Origin: an uncultured bacterium
Lineage (GTDB): Bacteria; Arandabacterota; Arandabacteria; JAGLYR01
NCBI GenBank assembly: GCA_964610505.1
Contig: CAZSXU010000014.1
Span: forward strand, 4,652-68,651
DNA: 64,000 bases
Direction of reading: 5' to 3'
Part shown: in pieces, positions 8,766 through 18,522 of the stretch
Layout: each line of letters opens with the position of its first letter
Numbering within the stretch: the first letter of the stretch is position 1
The notes under the pieces: generated by a model
Databases searched by the model: none
What the model saw: the letters and a program-made list of their open reading frames with translations, nothing else
Told to the model about the DNA's origin: nothing
Translations under genes and position numbers: made by a program

Positions 8766-10016
8766 TTACTCGTAGCGCAGAGACTCGGCCGGGTTGATGC
8801 GAGACGCCTTGCGGGACGGGAACAGTCCGGCCACGGTGCCGATCAGGCCCAGGATGCAAACCGTAATGAGGCCGATCTCCCAGGAAATCTCGGGCTTGCC
8901 CAGGAATTGAAGGCCCTCGTTCTCGATTTCGATTCCCTGGAGGACCGAGACAAGGGCGGCCGAGACGGCCAGGCCCACGGCGCCTCCGACGAAGGCGATC
9001 AGCAGGGATTCGATCAGGAACTGGTGCATCACGTTGGAGGGTTTCGCCCCGATCGCCATCTTAATTCCGATTTCCCGAGTCCGCTCCTTGATCGTCACGT
9101 ACATGATGTTGGCGACCCCCACCCCGGCCACAAGCAGGGTCAGGCCGCCGATGACTCCGAGAAACACCTGAATGCCCATCATCATGTTGGACATGGATTT
9201 CTGACTTTCGATGGCGTCCCAGATGGAGAGAGCGGACTCGTCCGTCGGGTCAAACTGATGTTTGGTGCCGAGGACGCGATAGATCTCCCGCTCGACGCTC
9301 TTGCGCGCCTCCGGGTCCTTGGGCTGGTACACGAAATTGCCGAAGTACGATCGCTGGGCGAATAGCGTCTCCATCGTGGTGAGGGGGATCGCCGCCTTGT
9401 CCACGTCGGGCCCCGAATACATGCCCATTTGCAGTTTCTCCTTCATCACGCCGATGACCGTGAAGGGCATCCGGTCGATGACAATCTGTTCCCCAACGGC
9501 CTGGCGATCTCCGAAGAGTTCTTCTCTCAACTTCGATCCGAGGAAGACGACTCTCCGTTTTCTCTCCATGTCCTCTCGGTCGAAGAAACGCCCCCCCCGC
9601 TCGGCGATCCAGTTGCGCATCAGGCCGAATTCGGGGTTGACCCCCACCATATGGCGGCTGACGCTCTTGGCGCCGTGGGTGATCGGGGTTCCCCAGCGGC
9701 TGTACTCCCCGCTGATCCTCCGGATTCCCGGGATCCGCCGCCGCAGAAGGTCGATATCCTCGTCCGAAAGACGAACCGGGCGTCCCCTGGGTAATCCCTT
9801 GTAAGGGAGACTGGTCTGCCCTCCCCATACGATCACCAGGTCCTCGCCGAGTCCCTTGCGGGCCCTGAGAATCTGGTCTTTCATCCCCTCGCCGAAGGCC
9901 AGGAGCAGGACAATGGAGAGGGTTCCCCAAGCAATGGCGGCGACCGTCAGGGCGATCTTCTTTCGCTGTACCTTGAGCTCGCGGCCATAGTACCTAAGGA
10001 GGAAGATGCTTTTCAT
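8766..10016 (-). CDS. ABC transporter permease, FtsX/MacB-type
   Basis: N-terminal TM helix, large periplasmic domain, C-terminal FtsX-like 3-4 TM bundle. Same strand as the ATPase. Confidence 0.85.
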   Translation of the reverse strand: MKSIFLLRYYGRELKVQRKKIALTVAAIAWGTLSIVLLLAFGEGMKDQILRARKGLGEDLVIVWGGQTSLPYKGLPRGRPVRLSDEDIDLLRRRIPGIRRISGEYSRWGTPITHGAKSVSRHMVGVNPEFGLMRNWIAERGGRFFDREDMERKRRVVFLGSKLREELFGDRQAVGEQIVIDRMPFTVIGVMKEKLQMGMYSGPDVDKAAIPLTTMETLFAQRSYFGNFVYQPKDPEARKSVEREIYRVLGTKHQFDPTDESALSIWDAIESQKSMSNMMMGIQVFLGVIGGLTLLVAGVGVANIMYVTIKERTREIGIKMAIGAKPSNVMHQFLIESLLIAFVGGAVGLAVSAALVSVLQGIEIENEGLQFLGKPEISWEIGLITVCILGLIGTVAGLFPSRKASRINPAESLRYE

Positions 10017-10041
10017 CGCTTACCTGCCCGCCGGATCCCGG

Positions 10042-11274
10042 CTAGGGTTTGAGGGCTTGTACAGGGTGTAGCGACGCGGCCCGCCGGGCCGGGAAATAGC
10101 CCGAGATCATGCCCACGAGAAACAGCAGGCCGGCGGCGGCCATGGCTACGAACGAAGACACCCGGGGCACGCCCACGTATTCCTCGAGATGAAACGCGGG
10201 AAACACCGCCACGATTCCCCAGGAAATCAAGAACCCGACGGCGCCTCCCGCGACCGTGATCGTCAACGTCTCGGCCACGAACTGCCAGAGGACATACCGC
10301 CGCTTGGCCCCCAGGGCCATCTTGACGCCGATCTCACGCGTGCGCTCCTCGATGACCACATTCATGATGTTGGAGACGCCGATGCCCCCCACGATGAGCG
10401 TGAAAGAGCCGACCACGCCCAGGAACATCCGCATTCCGTAGAACAGCGCGTTGAACATCTTTTCCATTTCCGATGTGTCCCAGGTCATGAAAGCTTCCCG
10501 ATCCTCAGGATCGAAACGGAAACGGCGGGCGTAGAACCCGTACATCTTGTCGACAACGCCCTCCCCATCCAGTCCCTCTCGCGGCTTAAAGACGAAGTTG
10601 TTGACGTACTGCGATCCATAGAGAGATCGATAGGTCGTCCAGGGGATGAACAGCTTGTCGTTGTCCCGTCCGCTGTAGCTGGAGTCCTGTTCCTTGGGAA
10701 TGAGAACGCCGATGACCAGAAAAGGGACCGAATCGATGAAGACGTGCTGCCCGATCGGATCCTGATCCGCGAACAACTCGTTCTTGAGTTCATCCCCGAG
10801 AAACACGACACGCCGCTTGTCCTCGATATCGGTGGGATTGAAGAAGCGCCCTCCCATCTGAGGCACGACCCACCGCATGGGCCCGTAATCGGGGTCGACG
10901 CCGTGCAGCCGCTTCAGGAGGATGTTCTCGCCGTGCTTGACCTGAACCTGCCAGTTCGTGTACTCGGGGCTGGCGTATTGGATTTCGGGGATTTCCTTCT
11001 TGAGCAGGATGACGTCCTCCGGCTTGACGCGAATCGCCCGGCCCCGCTTGAGCCCCTCGAAAGCCTTCGCCGTCCTGGCGGGCCACACGATGACGATTCT
11101 CTCGCCCAGCGCCCGGGATTGCGCGGCCACGTTTCTGTGAAGACCCTGACCGAAAGCCAGAAGGAGGATGATGGCGGTCGTTCCCCAGACGATTCCGAAC
11201 ACGGTCATCAGGGTGCGGAACTTCTGAGACCGGACGTCCCTCCAGAGCTGCCCCAGGAACATCAGGAGGTGCAT
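10042..11274 (-). CDS. ABC transporter permease, FtsX/MacB-type (second copy)
   Basis: Same architecture as 8766..10016; paralogous. Confidence 0.85.
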   Translation of the reverse strand: MHLLMFLGQLWRDVRSQKFRTLMTVFGIVWGTTAIILLLAFGQGLHRNVAAQSRALGERIVIVWPARTAKAFEGLKRGRAIRVKPEDVILLKKEIPEIQYASPEYTNWQVQVKHGENILLKRLHGVDPDYGPMRWVVPQMGGRFFNPTDIEDKRRVVFLGDELKNELFADQDPIGQHVFIDSVPFLVIGVLIPKEQDSSYSGRDNDKLFIPWTTYRSLYGSQYVNNFVFKPREGLDGEGVVDKMYGFYARRFRFDPEDREAFMTWDTSEMEKMFNALFYGMRMFLGVVGSFTLIVGGIGVSNIMNVVIEERTREIGVKMALGAKRRYVLWQFVAETLTITVAGGAVGFLISWGIVAVFPAFHLEEYVGVPRVSSFVAMAAAGLLFLVGMISGYFPARRAASLHPVQALKP

Positions 11275-12362
11275 TACTCGATCTCCTTGGGAGGTTGTTC
11301 GACGACCCGATCCCCCTCCTCCAGACCTTCCACGATCTCAACCTGCAGGCCGTCGCTGAGGCCCGTGACCACGATCTTTCTTGAAATCACGCCGTGGGCG
11401 CCCTCCACCTCAACATAGGTGCTGTCCGCGTCAAAGTGAACCAGCCGCTCGGGCGTGACGAGAACATCCGACTTTTCCTGGATGATGATGTCGGCATTTG
11501 CCGAATACCCGGCCCGGAGAGGTTTGTCCCCGCTGGAGATGATGTGGATTTCCAGGTCGAAGAGAGTGGTGTTCTCCTCTTTCTTCGCCTGGGGGCTGAT
11601 TCGATACAGGATCCCCTCCACGGGTTGGTCCGGAAGAGCGCCGACCTTGATGCGGACCGGCATGCCCTCGTAGAGCTTTCCAACGTCGATTTCATCCACG
11701 GTGCCCGTGAAAATGAGATCATCCATGTCCGCCAGGGTGAAGAGGGCGGTGCCGGCTTGGTAGGAGGTGAGGGGAACCACCGGATCACCTTCGTCGACGA
11801 ACCTCTCGAGCACGATGCCCGCGATGGGCGACTTGATGACGTTCTCGATGTCCCGGTTGGCGATTCGCGTTCGACCGTCTTCAATCAGGGCCAGCTTCTC
11901 TTCGGCCAGCTGTTTCCGGAGGCGGCTCTCCCGGAACTCGCTCTCCGCCTGGTCGTATTCCCTTTGGGACACCAGCCCTTTACTTAGGAGACTCTGAACG
12001 CGGGCGAAGTTCGATTCGGCCGTTTCGAAGACGACGGTTGCGATCTCCATCGATCGTTTCGCGTCCGCGTATTCTACGGGAGTGGGGTCGGGCGCGATGC
12101 CGACGAGGATCTGGTCGATGGCGACCCGGTCTCCCATCTCGACGAAGACATCTCTCACGATTCCCGGAATCTTAGACTTCACGTCGATCCGGTGCTTCGG
12201 GCCAATCTCTCCAATGGCCAACGCCTTGTCGACAATGGTGCCTCGCTCGACGGGGAACGTCTTGATCCCGTTCTCATCTTTGCTTCCCTTGCCGTTCCTC
12301 ACGGCGAGGAGCACGACCACCGCGGCCACGAGGACAAGCAGAACAATACCGACCTTCTTCAT
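11274..12362 (-). CDS. Efflux periplasmic adaptor subunit (HlyD/MacA family)
   Basis: Start chosen at internal ATG 12362 (MKKVGIVLLVLVAAVVVLL membrane anchor) rather than the ORF-track start 12572. Coiled-coil and beta-barrel adaptor regions. Stop overlaps the permease start. Confidence 0.8.
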   Translation of the reverse strand: MKKVGIVLLVLVAAVVVLLAVRNGKGSKDENGIKTFPVERGTIVDKALAIGEIGPKHRIDVKSKIPGIVRDVFVEMGDRVAIDQILVGIAPDPTPVEYADAKRSMEIATVVFETAESNFARVQSLLSKGLVSQREYDQAESEFRESRLRKQLAEEKLALIEDGRTRIANRDIENVIKSPIAGIVLERFVDEGDPVVPLTSYQAGTALFTLADMDDLIFTGTVDEIDVGKLYEGMPVRIKVGALPDQPVEGILYRISPQAKKEENTTLFDLEIHIISSGDKPLRAGYSANADIIIQEKSDVLVTPERLVHFDADSTYVEVEGAHGVISRKIVVTGLSDGLQVEIVEGLEEGDRVVEQPPKEIE

Positions 12363-12939
12363 AACGATCCTCTCTCTGCGACTCCACAAAAAGCAGGGAC
12401 GATCTCGGATGTGTTCAACCCGGAATACGTGCGGGACGGGCAGGGGTTCTCCCGCATCCATCTCCATGAGGGTATACGAAACCGGGGCGGCCCGGTTTCG
12501 CCCGGATACGAGGAAAGATCCGGGCTCGCCAAGGGATTCTACCGACAGTTCGCCCGGAACGCAAGCTTGCATTCGGGTAGGGCAACGGAGAAGAAGAGAA
12601 ACAGGGAGGCCGGCACGTGAGGCCCGCCCCGGATCGAGCTTGCGGTTTTTTGCCTCAACGGGGCCGTTTTCTCGAGGGGTGGCCGGGGCGCGGTACTTGA
12701 GGGCCGGCGTCCGCCCGGCCCCTCCGGACGGCCAACAGAGCCGGAAGGGTCGCCGGAGCCGGCCGAGCGGCGGAGGTTGGTCTACAGGCCCGAAGGGGAC
12801 GTGCCGATGGTACGGTAGGATGCAGGCTCAGGGAGAGGGGCGTGCTCAACGAAGGCACTTTTGGCCGCGTGGCCCGCCTCTGGCCCCCCTTTTTCTGATC
12901 CGCACAGGGTTACCTCTTCCGTCGAAAGGGAGGACGCGA

Positions 12940-14157
12940 ATGCAGCGAACACAAACCACTCCTTCGGCCGGAGTCGGCACCAGCACTGCTCTTGACTCCG
13001 AACAGGCCGGGGCCGAGGCGGCCAAGACCGCGATGGAACATCTCGAAAGCGGGTCCTGCGATTTCGTTCTTGTCTTTGGCGGCATGGGCTACGAACACCG
13101 CGGTCTACTCCGGGGAGTCCGCTCGGTTACCGGAAACGCGCCGCTGGTCGGGTGCTCGACCCAGGGAGTCGTCGGCTCCCGGTGGGCGAGGGAATCGCCC
13201 AGGGCCGTTGCCGTCATGGCTCTGCGGTCCCGCGATCTCACCTTCACGCACGGCGTCTGCGAGGGGCTCAGCCGGGACTCCTATGAGGTTGGACGAAAGA
13301 TCGGGAGAGATCTCCTTGCCTCGCCTCCCGATCATCCCGTGGTTCTGTTCTGCGTATATGATCCGCTGACGGGCGTCAACGTCGATCGGCTCCTCGGGGG
13401 TCTCGAGAGCGTTCGATCGATCCCCGTCGTCGGCGGTGCGGCCTCTCAGCCCTGGGGTCGGTTTGTGGAAACGCGGCAGTACTTCGACGGCGAACCGCTT
13501 CAGGACGCGGCCGCCTGCGTTCTGGTGTCCGGTGCGGCCACGGCGGAAATCGGCGTCACCCATGGAGCGGTTCCGCTGGGGATGGAGGCGACCATCACCC
13601 GAGCGGAGGGCAACATCATCTATGAGATCGACGGACGTCCGGCCTACCGGGCATGGAGAGATCAGGTGTCCGCGCAGGACGACTTTTCCACCGAAGACAC
13701 CGCGCAATGGGCCATTGGGATTCGCCCGGCGGAGATTCTCCAGGGTGACTATGAAGGATGTGTGACGCGTTCTCTGTTCAAGGTGGACCCTGAGTCGGGC
13801 AGCATCTACCTCCAGTCGGAAATCCCCGAGGGATCTCGAGTCGTGTTTCATCGCCGGACCTTCGAAGCCGTCATCGATCGGGCCGCCCGCATGGGCGAGC
13901 GCCTGGGACAGCGAATCGGAGATCGGTCGCCCTATTTCGCACTGAGTTTCGAGTGCGGCGCGCGGTCGAGTCCCTTCTTAGGACATCCGGGTGCTCTGGA
14001 TGAGCTCTGCCGGGTCCAGGCCGCCATCGGCGCCGCCAGCGGCGCAGAGATACCCTGGCTGGGGATGTACGCCTGGGGTGAAATCGCTCCCCTGGGAGGC
14101 CGAAACTACTTTCACAATTACACGTTTCCCGTCTGTGTGCTGCTGCCGGATCGGTAG
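12940..14157 (+). CDS. FIST domain sensor protein
   Basis: ATG at 12940 preceded by AGGGAGGA. FIST N/C-like motifs (PLVGCSTQGVVGS, VVGGAASQPWG). The upstream 858 bp of the 691-aa track ORF lies antisense to the adaptor gene and is treated as shadow. Confidence 0.75.
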   Translation: MQRTQTTPSAGVGTSTALDSEQAGAEAAKTAMEHLESGSCDFVLVFGGMGYEHRGLLRGVRSVTGNAPLVGCSTQGVVGSRWARESPRAVAVMALRSRDLTFTHGVCEGLSRDSYEVGRKIGRDLLASPPDHPVVLFCVYDPLTGVNVDRLLGGLESVRSIPVVGGAASQPWGRFVETRQYFDGEPLQDAAACVLVSGAATAEIGVTHGAVPLGMEATITRAEGNIIYEIDGRPAYRAWRDQVSAQDDFSTEDTAQWAIGIRPAEILQGDYEGCVTRSLFKVDPESGSIYLQSEIPEGSRVVFHRRTFEAVIDRAARMGERLGQRIGDRSPYFALSFECGARSSPFLGHPGALDELCRVQAAIGAASGAEIPWLGMYAWGEIAPLGGRNYFHNYTFPVCVLLPDR

Positions 14158-14160
14158 GCG

Positions 14161-16548
14161 GTGTTTCGGGTACAAACCATGAATCCTTCAGCAAACAAGG
14201 TCGAAGTCGAAAGGCTCCAGGCTCAGGTCGAGGATCTCGAGAATCACGCGAGGGCTCTCCTGGTTGCCGAGCGGCGCGCCTATGAGGCCAAAGTCAGTCT
14301 GGGTCGGCAGCTGGAGCTTCTTCAGAAAGTCAACGAACTCGGGAAGATCCTTTCCGCCACCAGCGGTCCGGCCGACATCCTCAGGCAGGCCATCGAATTC
14401 ATGGTCAAGGAGTTCTCCTACGAGGCGGGGGCCGTCTTGCTGCTCGACGGAAGTCTGAAGAAAGCGTCGACGGTGGTGGCGGTCGGCGGAACGGGATCCG
14501 CTCCCGAGTCATTTGACGTGAGCCATCTGAAGCGAGAGCAAAGTGTACTCTGGGCGGCGCTCGCCGAGAACCGTCCGGTCCTGGTCAACGGAAATCTCGA
14601 GCCGGGGGATCCCGCTCGGGGTTTCGGTCTGGAAGATCTCTTCGTATTCCCGTTGGGAGTGGAGAGGTCCATTCCCACCGGGCTCTTCCTCCTGGGCAAC
14701 ACTCCCGACACCGGAGTCTACTACAGGGCGGTCAAGGATAGTGACGTCGCCCTCCTTTCCAACATTGCGGGACAGATGGCCCTCATGTTGGAAAAGGCCG
14801 AACTGTACGAGCACCTCCAGAAGGAAAAGGATGAACTCGAACGGGCGCAGATGGAACTGCGCAGCGTGAACGAGAGCCTGGAGGCGCGGGTTCGGGAGAA
14901 AACACAGGCTCTTCACGTCTCCATGGAAAAGCTCGAGGAGTCGAGGTTCCAGCTGGAAGAGTACAGCCGGGAACTCGAAGCGCAGGTGGAAGAGCGCACG
15001 TTGCGGCTGAGGGAATCCGAGCAGATCTACCGAAGCGTCATGGCCAATTCCAAGGCCGGCATGGCGGTGTACCGGGATGGATTGATTCTCGAAGTGAATC
15101 CGGCTTTGACCGAAATCGTGGGTGAGCACCTGGAGGGCCGCAATCTGTCCTGCTTCGCTTCACGGGTGGCGGATCCCACGCGGAGAAATGACCTCAACCG
15201 GGTTCTGAGCAACGAGCCGTTCGACAACGGCAACGCCGACGGGAGTTTCGAGGCCCAGGCGAAGCGCGGTGACGAGGAACGGATCTGGAACATCAGTGCC
15301 TTTCCGCTGGACTCCGAGAACAGACTGTTCGGGTTGCTCGTGTTGGATACCACGGAGTCCCGTCGGGTCGAGGAACAGCTGTTCGGGTCTCAGAAAATGG
15401 CGAGTCTCGGCAACCTGGCTGGCGGAATCGCTCACGAGTTCAACAACATTCTGGTGGGCATTCTGGGGAATGCATCGCTGCTCAAGACCCGCATTCCGGA
15501 GGAGAGCGGGTCGGGAAGCCTTGTCGATACGATTGAGAGTTCTGCGCTCCGGGCCGCCGAACTGGTGCAGCAGCTCCTGGGATTCGCCCGAAAAGGCAAG
15601 TACCGATCCGAATCGATGGATCTCAATGCGGTGGTCAGGGACACCCTGGAACTGGCCCTCCGTTCCTTCGGTCCGGGCATCGACATTCGAATGGATCTGG
15701 TGCCCGAGGTGTGTCCGGTGGAGGGAGACGCGACTCAGATCCAGCAGGTTGTTATGAATCTGGCCCTGAACGCGAAGGAGGCGATCGGAGAGAGCGGTGT
15801 TCTCGTGGCGAAGACCCGGTTGCTGACCCTCAACGAAGAGGAGGCCCGAACCATTCCAGGCTTGCATGCGGGCCGCTGGGCGAAAATCGAGATTCAGGAC
15901 ACGGGTCCCGGCATCGATGAAAACACGAGGCGGGTAATCTTCGAACCTTTCTTCTCCACGAAGGGCTCCGGGGCGACGGGGCTCGGCCTGCCCATGGTAT
16001 ACGGAATCGTCACCAACCACGGGGGGGCGGTCGACGTTCGGAGCGAGCCCGGAAAGGGAACGTCGATGCTCGTTTATCTCCCCCTGGCGGGGCCGAAGGA
16101 CCGGTCGGCCCCCTCGGCGAAAGAGAATCGAGTTCGGCCGAAGGCCAGCATTCTGGTGGTCGACGACGAGGAGATTCTCCGGCGGATGTGCCGGGATGCG
16201 CTGACCGAGTTTGGGTATGACGTTCACACGGTCGGAAGCGGGGACGCGGCCTGCGAGTACATTCGCACAGGACACTCGGCCGATCTCACGCTTCTCGATC
16301 TGGCCATGCCAGGGAAGAAGGCGGAGGACACCTTCCGGGAGCTTCGTCGGATGTGCCCGAAGATGAAGATCGTCATCTGTTCCGGAAGCGACGAAAGCGA
16401 GTGGCCCGAATCACTTTCGAAGGCCGCGGTACACGGGTCCTTCTCAAAGCCCTTCACTTGCCATGAACTCCGGGCCGCCGTTGAGCACGCGCTTTCGGAC
16501 GCCTCGGTTCCCCAAACCGAGCCGACGTTGCTCAAAGACTCGTCCTAG
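14161..16548 (+). CDS. Hybrid sensor histidine kinase / response regulator (GAF, PAS, HisKA, HATPase_c, REC)
   Basis: H-box LGNLAGGIAHEFNNIL, ATPase motifs (DTGPGIDE, GLGLPMVYGIV), C-terminal receiver ILVVDDEEILR..LLDLAMPG. Start begins 4 nt after the FIST stop; ATG 14179 is an alternative. Confidence 0.9.
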   Translation: MFRVQTMNPSANKVEVERLQAQVEDLENHARALLVAERRAYEAKVSLGRQLELLQKVNELGKILSATSGPADILRQAIEFMVKEFSYEAGAVLLLDGSLKKASTVVAVGGTGSAPESFDVSHLKREQSVLWAALAENRPVLVNGNLEPGDPARGFGLEDLFVFPLGVERSIPTGLFLLGNTPDTGVYYRAVKDSDVALLSNIAGQMALMLEKAELYEHLQKEKDELERAQMELRSVNESLEARVREKTQALHVSMEKLEESRFQLEEYSRELEAQVEERTLRLRESEQIYRSVMANSKAGMAVYRDGLILEVNPALTEIVGEHLEGRNLSCFASRVADPTRRNDLNRVLSNEPFDNGNADGSFEAQAKRGDEERIWNISAFPLDSENRLFGLLVLDTTESRRVEEQLFGSQKMASLGNLAGGIAHEFNNILVGILGNASLLKTRIPEESGSGSLVDTIESSALRAAELVQQLLGFARKGKYRSESMDLNAVVRDTLELALRSFGPGIDIRMDLVPEVCPVEGDATQIQQVVMNLALNAKEAIGESGVLVAKTRLLTLNEEEARTIPGLHAGRWAKIEIQDTGPGIDENTRRVIFEPFFSTKGSGATGLGLPMVYGIVTNHGGAVDVRSEPGKGTSMLVYLPLAGPKDRSAPSAKENRVRPKASILVVDDEEILRRMCRDALTEFGYDVHTVGSGDAACEYIRTGHSADLTLLDLAMPGKKAEDTFRELRRMCPKMKIVICSGSDESEWPESLSKAAVHGSFSKPFTCHELRAAVEHALSDASVPQTEPTLLKDSS

Positions 16549-16554
16549 CTGCGT

Positions 16555-18306
16555 CTACCCTCCGCCGTCCTGCAATCTCCCGGGAACCGGGATCTCGGCC
16601 TCCATCTTCGACACGCCGAGCGACAGCCGCCCGACATTGATGGGGGTCCGGAGAACGGCCTGGTGGAAGCCTCCCGGTGGATCCGCCAGGTCCATATCGA
16701 ACCTCCTCTCCAGGACCGTCCACAGAAAGCGGTTGATCCGCATGGGAGAACGCAGGATCAGGCAGCGGCGTCCCTTCCGGAGTTCTTCGACCAAGAAGTC
16801 CGACACGTCGTGCGCCTCTTGCTCCAAACGATCCTCATTCATCATGAGCGCCGACTCGTCGAGACTTCCCAGGTGGGCGGCCATTTCCGCGGGAAACGAT
16901 ACGAGGACGCGGGGTTGCCCCCGGGCCATGAAGTGGTATTCCGTCGAGGCGCGTGCGAAACCGGTGCAGACGATGATGTCGTAGGGACGGGTCAGCGCTT
17001 CCGCGTGTTCGGCGATCTCTCGGTCACCGGCCCGCCGGTTGGATCCGTAGTAGGGAACGAGGGTCAGCAGGGACAGTGTGGTGAACAGGGCAAGCGCCGC
17101 AGCGGCCACCGCACGCCTTCTCATTCGCAATCCGCCGGCGGTGAGCAGAATGAGAAACACCGGATAGACGACCGTGTCCGTACGACCCACGGCGTACACG
17201 GGCTGAACGACCCAGGAATAGAGAAACGGGAGGAAGAGGGGAACGATGAACGCGAGAGCCGGTAATTGCCCGCGCAGGGAGGTGGGTTCGCTTCGGTCGT
17301 TCGCTCCGCCGCGGCGTGGCGCGATTCCCATGATCAGAAACGCCAGGGCCAGAAGAGGAGACCACACCCGGGCCCAGGCCAGCCCGCCGAGGTCCGTGTA
17401 AGACGGCAGGAAGCCTCCGGGTACGAAGGCTTCCAGGGTTCGATACAGGGCGGCCCACGGCGGATAGGTGCTCCAGAAAAACTCGAACCAGCTGTAGTGC
17501 GTAGGGTTGCGAAGCTGCTGGTAAAGCACCGGTAGCCACGGCACGACCAGGAGCGGGATGATGGCCTGCCAGAGCAGCCATCGGCGGAAGGTCGTGGAAG
17601 GCCGGCGCACGCCCCACCAGAGGAGCGCGGCCGAGATCCACACGAAGATTCCGACGTTGTGCGTGTGAACACAACACACGGCGATCGCCAGGTAGGCGGC
17701 CAAGGCGCCGCGTCCCCCCCGGCGGAGGAACCTCAGGGCCGACCAGAACAGAAGGACCGTGAGAAACGGCAGGAGCGAATACATTCGCACTTCCCGAGCA
17801 TAGTAGATCGCCAGGGGAGCGACGGTGATGAGGCCCGAGGCCCACAGACCGGCCTTTCGCCCCGAGATTTCCCGGCCGAGGAGGTAGGTGGCGGGGATCA
17901 GGAGAGTTCCGAAGACGGCGGACAGAGATTTCACGGCCAGCGATCCCATCCCGAAGACCTGAATCCAGAAGTGGAGGATGAGGTAGTAGAGAATCGGAGA
18001 GGAATCCAGGCGAAGGCGTTGGACGATTCCGGGAAGACTCTCGGCTGCGATGATGACGGAGTTGGACTCGTCGAGCCAGAGTCCCATTCCGCCGAGCCCG
18101 AAAAAGCGAAGCAGCGCGCCCGCCGCCGTGAAAATCGCCACCGCAGCGAGTGCGCGTTCACGATCTCGGTGATCCGCAGTCTCTTGCACTGCCCGCTCCG
18201 TTCGACGGAATCTCAGGGGCAGGGGTATCGTCCCCGGATCGGAAGCATGAGCCCCCCGCCGTCGCGCCGGGCCGGCGGGGACCGTGTGTGAATCTTTCGC
18301 GCTCAC
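16555..18306 (-). CDS. GT39/GT83-like (PMT/ArnT-type) membrane glycosyltransferase; start uncertain
   Basis: Multi-TM protein with a DE-type motif after TM1 (GLWLDESNSV) and a soluble C-terminal domain. N-terminal ~45 aa of the track ORF may not be translated. Confidence 0.55.
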   Translation of the reverse strand: MSAKDSHTVPAGPARRRGAHASDPGTIPLPLRFRRTERAVQETADHRDRERALAAVAIFTAAGALLRFFGLGGMGLWLDESNSVIIAAESLPGIVQRLRLDSSPILYYLILHFWIQVFGMGSLAVKSLSAVFGTLLIPATYLLGREISGRKAGLWASGLITVAPLAIYYAREVRMYSLLPFLTVLLFWSALRFLRRGGRGALAAYLAIAVCCVHTHNVGIFVWISAALLWWGVRRPSTTFRRWLLWQAIIPLLVVPWLPVLYQQLRNPTHYSWFEFFWSTYPPWAALYRTLEAFVPGGFLPSYTDLGGLAWARVWSPLLALAFLIMGIAPRRGGANDRSEPTSLRGQLPALAFIVPLFLPFLYSWVVQPVYAVGRTDTVVYPVFLILLTAGGLRMRRRAVAAAALALFTTLSLLTLVPYYGSNRRAGDREIAEHAEALTRPYDIIVCTGFARASTEYHFMARGQPRVLVSFPAEMAAHLGSLDESALMMNEDRLEQEAHDVSDFLVEELRKGRRCLILRSPMRINRFLWTVLERRFDMDLADPPGGFHQAVLRTPINVGRLSLGVSKMEAEIPVPGRLQDGGG

Positions 18307-18522
18307 TGGATTCGGATAAAAAGCGCGGAATCCAAGTACGGGCGACTGTTGAAGAAGTGATCTTCGCGGTCCAAGGGTTCGTCGTGACGGTCCGCGTCCG
18401 GTGTGAGGGGGTGTTCAACAGCCCTCCGGCCCCGTCAAACAGGTCAAGGGTAACATAGACGGACGGTGGAAAGCCAGCTTTCGAGCTTTCCGGGGAATGC
18501 GGAGGCGGAAACAACACGGGGG

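Noticed and set aside
8109-11418. Long plus-strand ORFs (8109..9365, 10189..11418) opposite the ABC transporter genes
   Set aside because: Antisense to motif-bearing ATPase/FtsX genes; His/Arg/Asp-rich low-complexity translations.
12082-12939. 5' extension of the 691-aa plus-strand ORF upstream of the FIST gene
   Set aside because: Overlaps the adaptor gene on the opposite strand, low-complexity Arg/Pro/Gly-rich translation; a well-placed ATG with AGGGAGGA SD at 12940 gives a coherent FIST protein.
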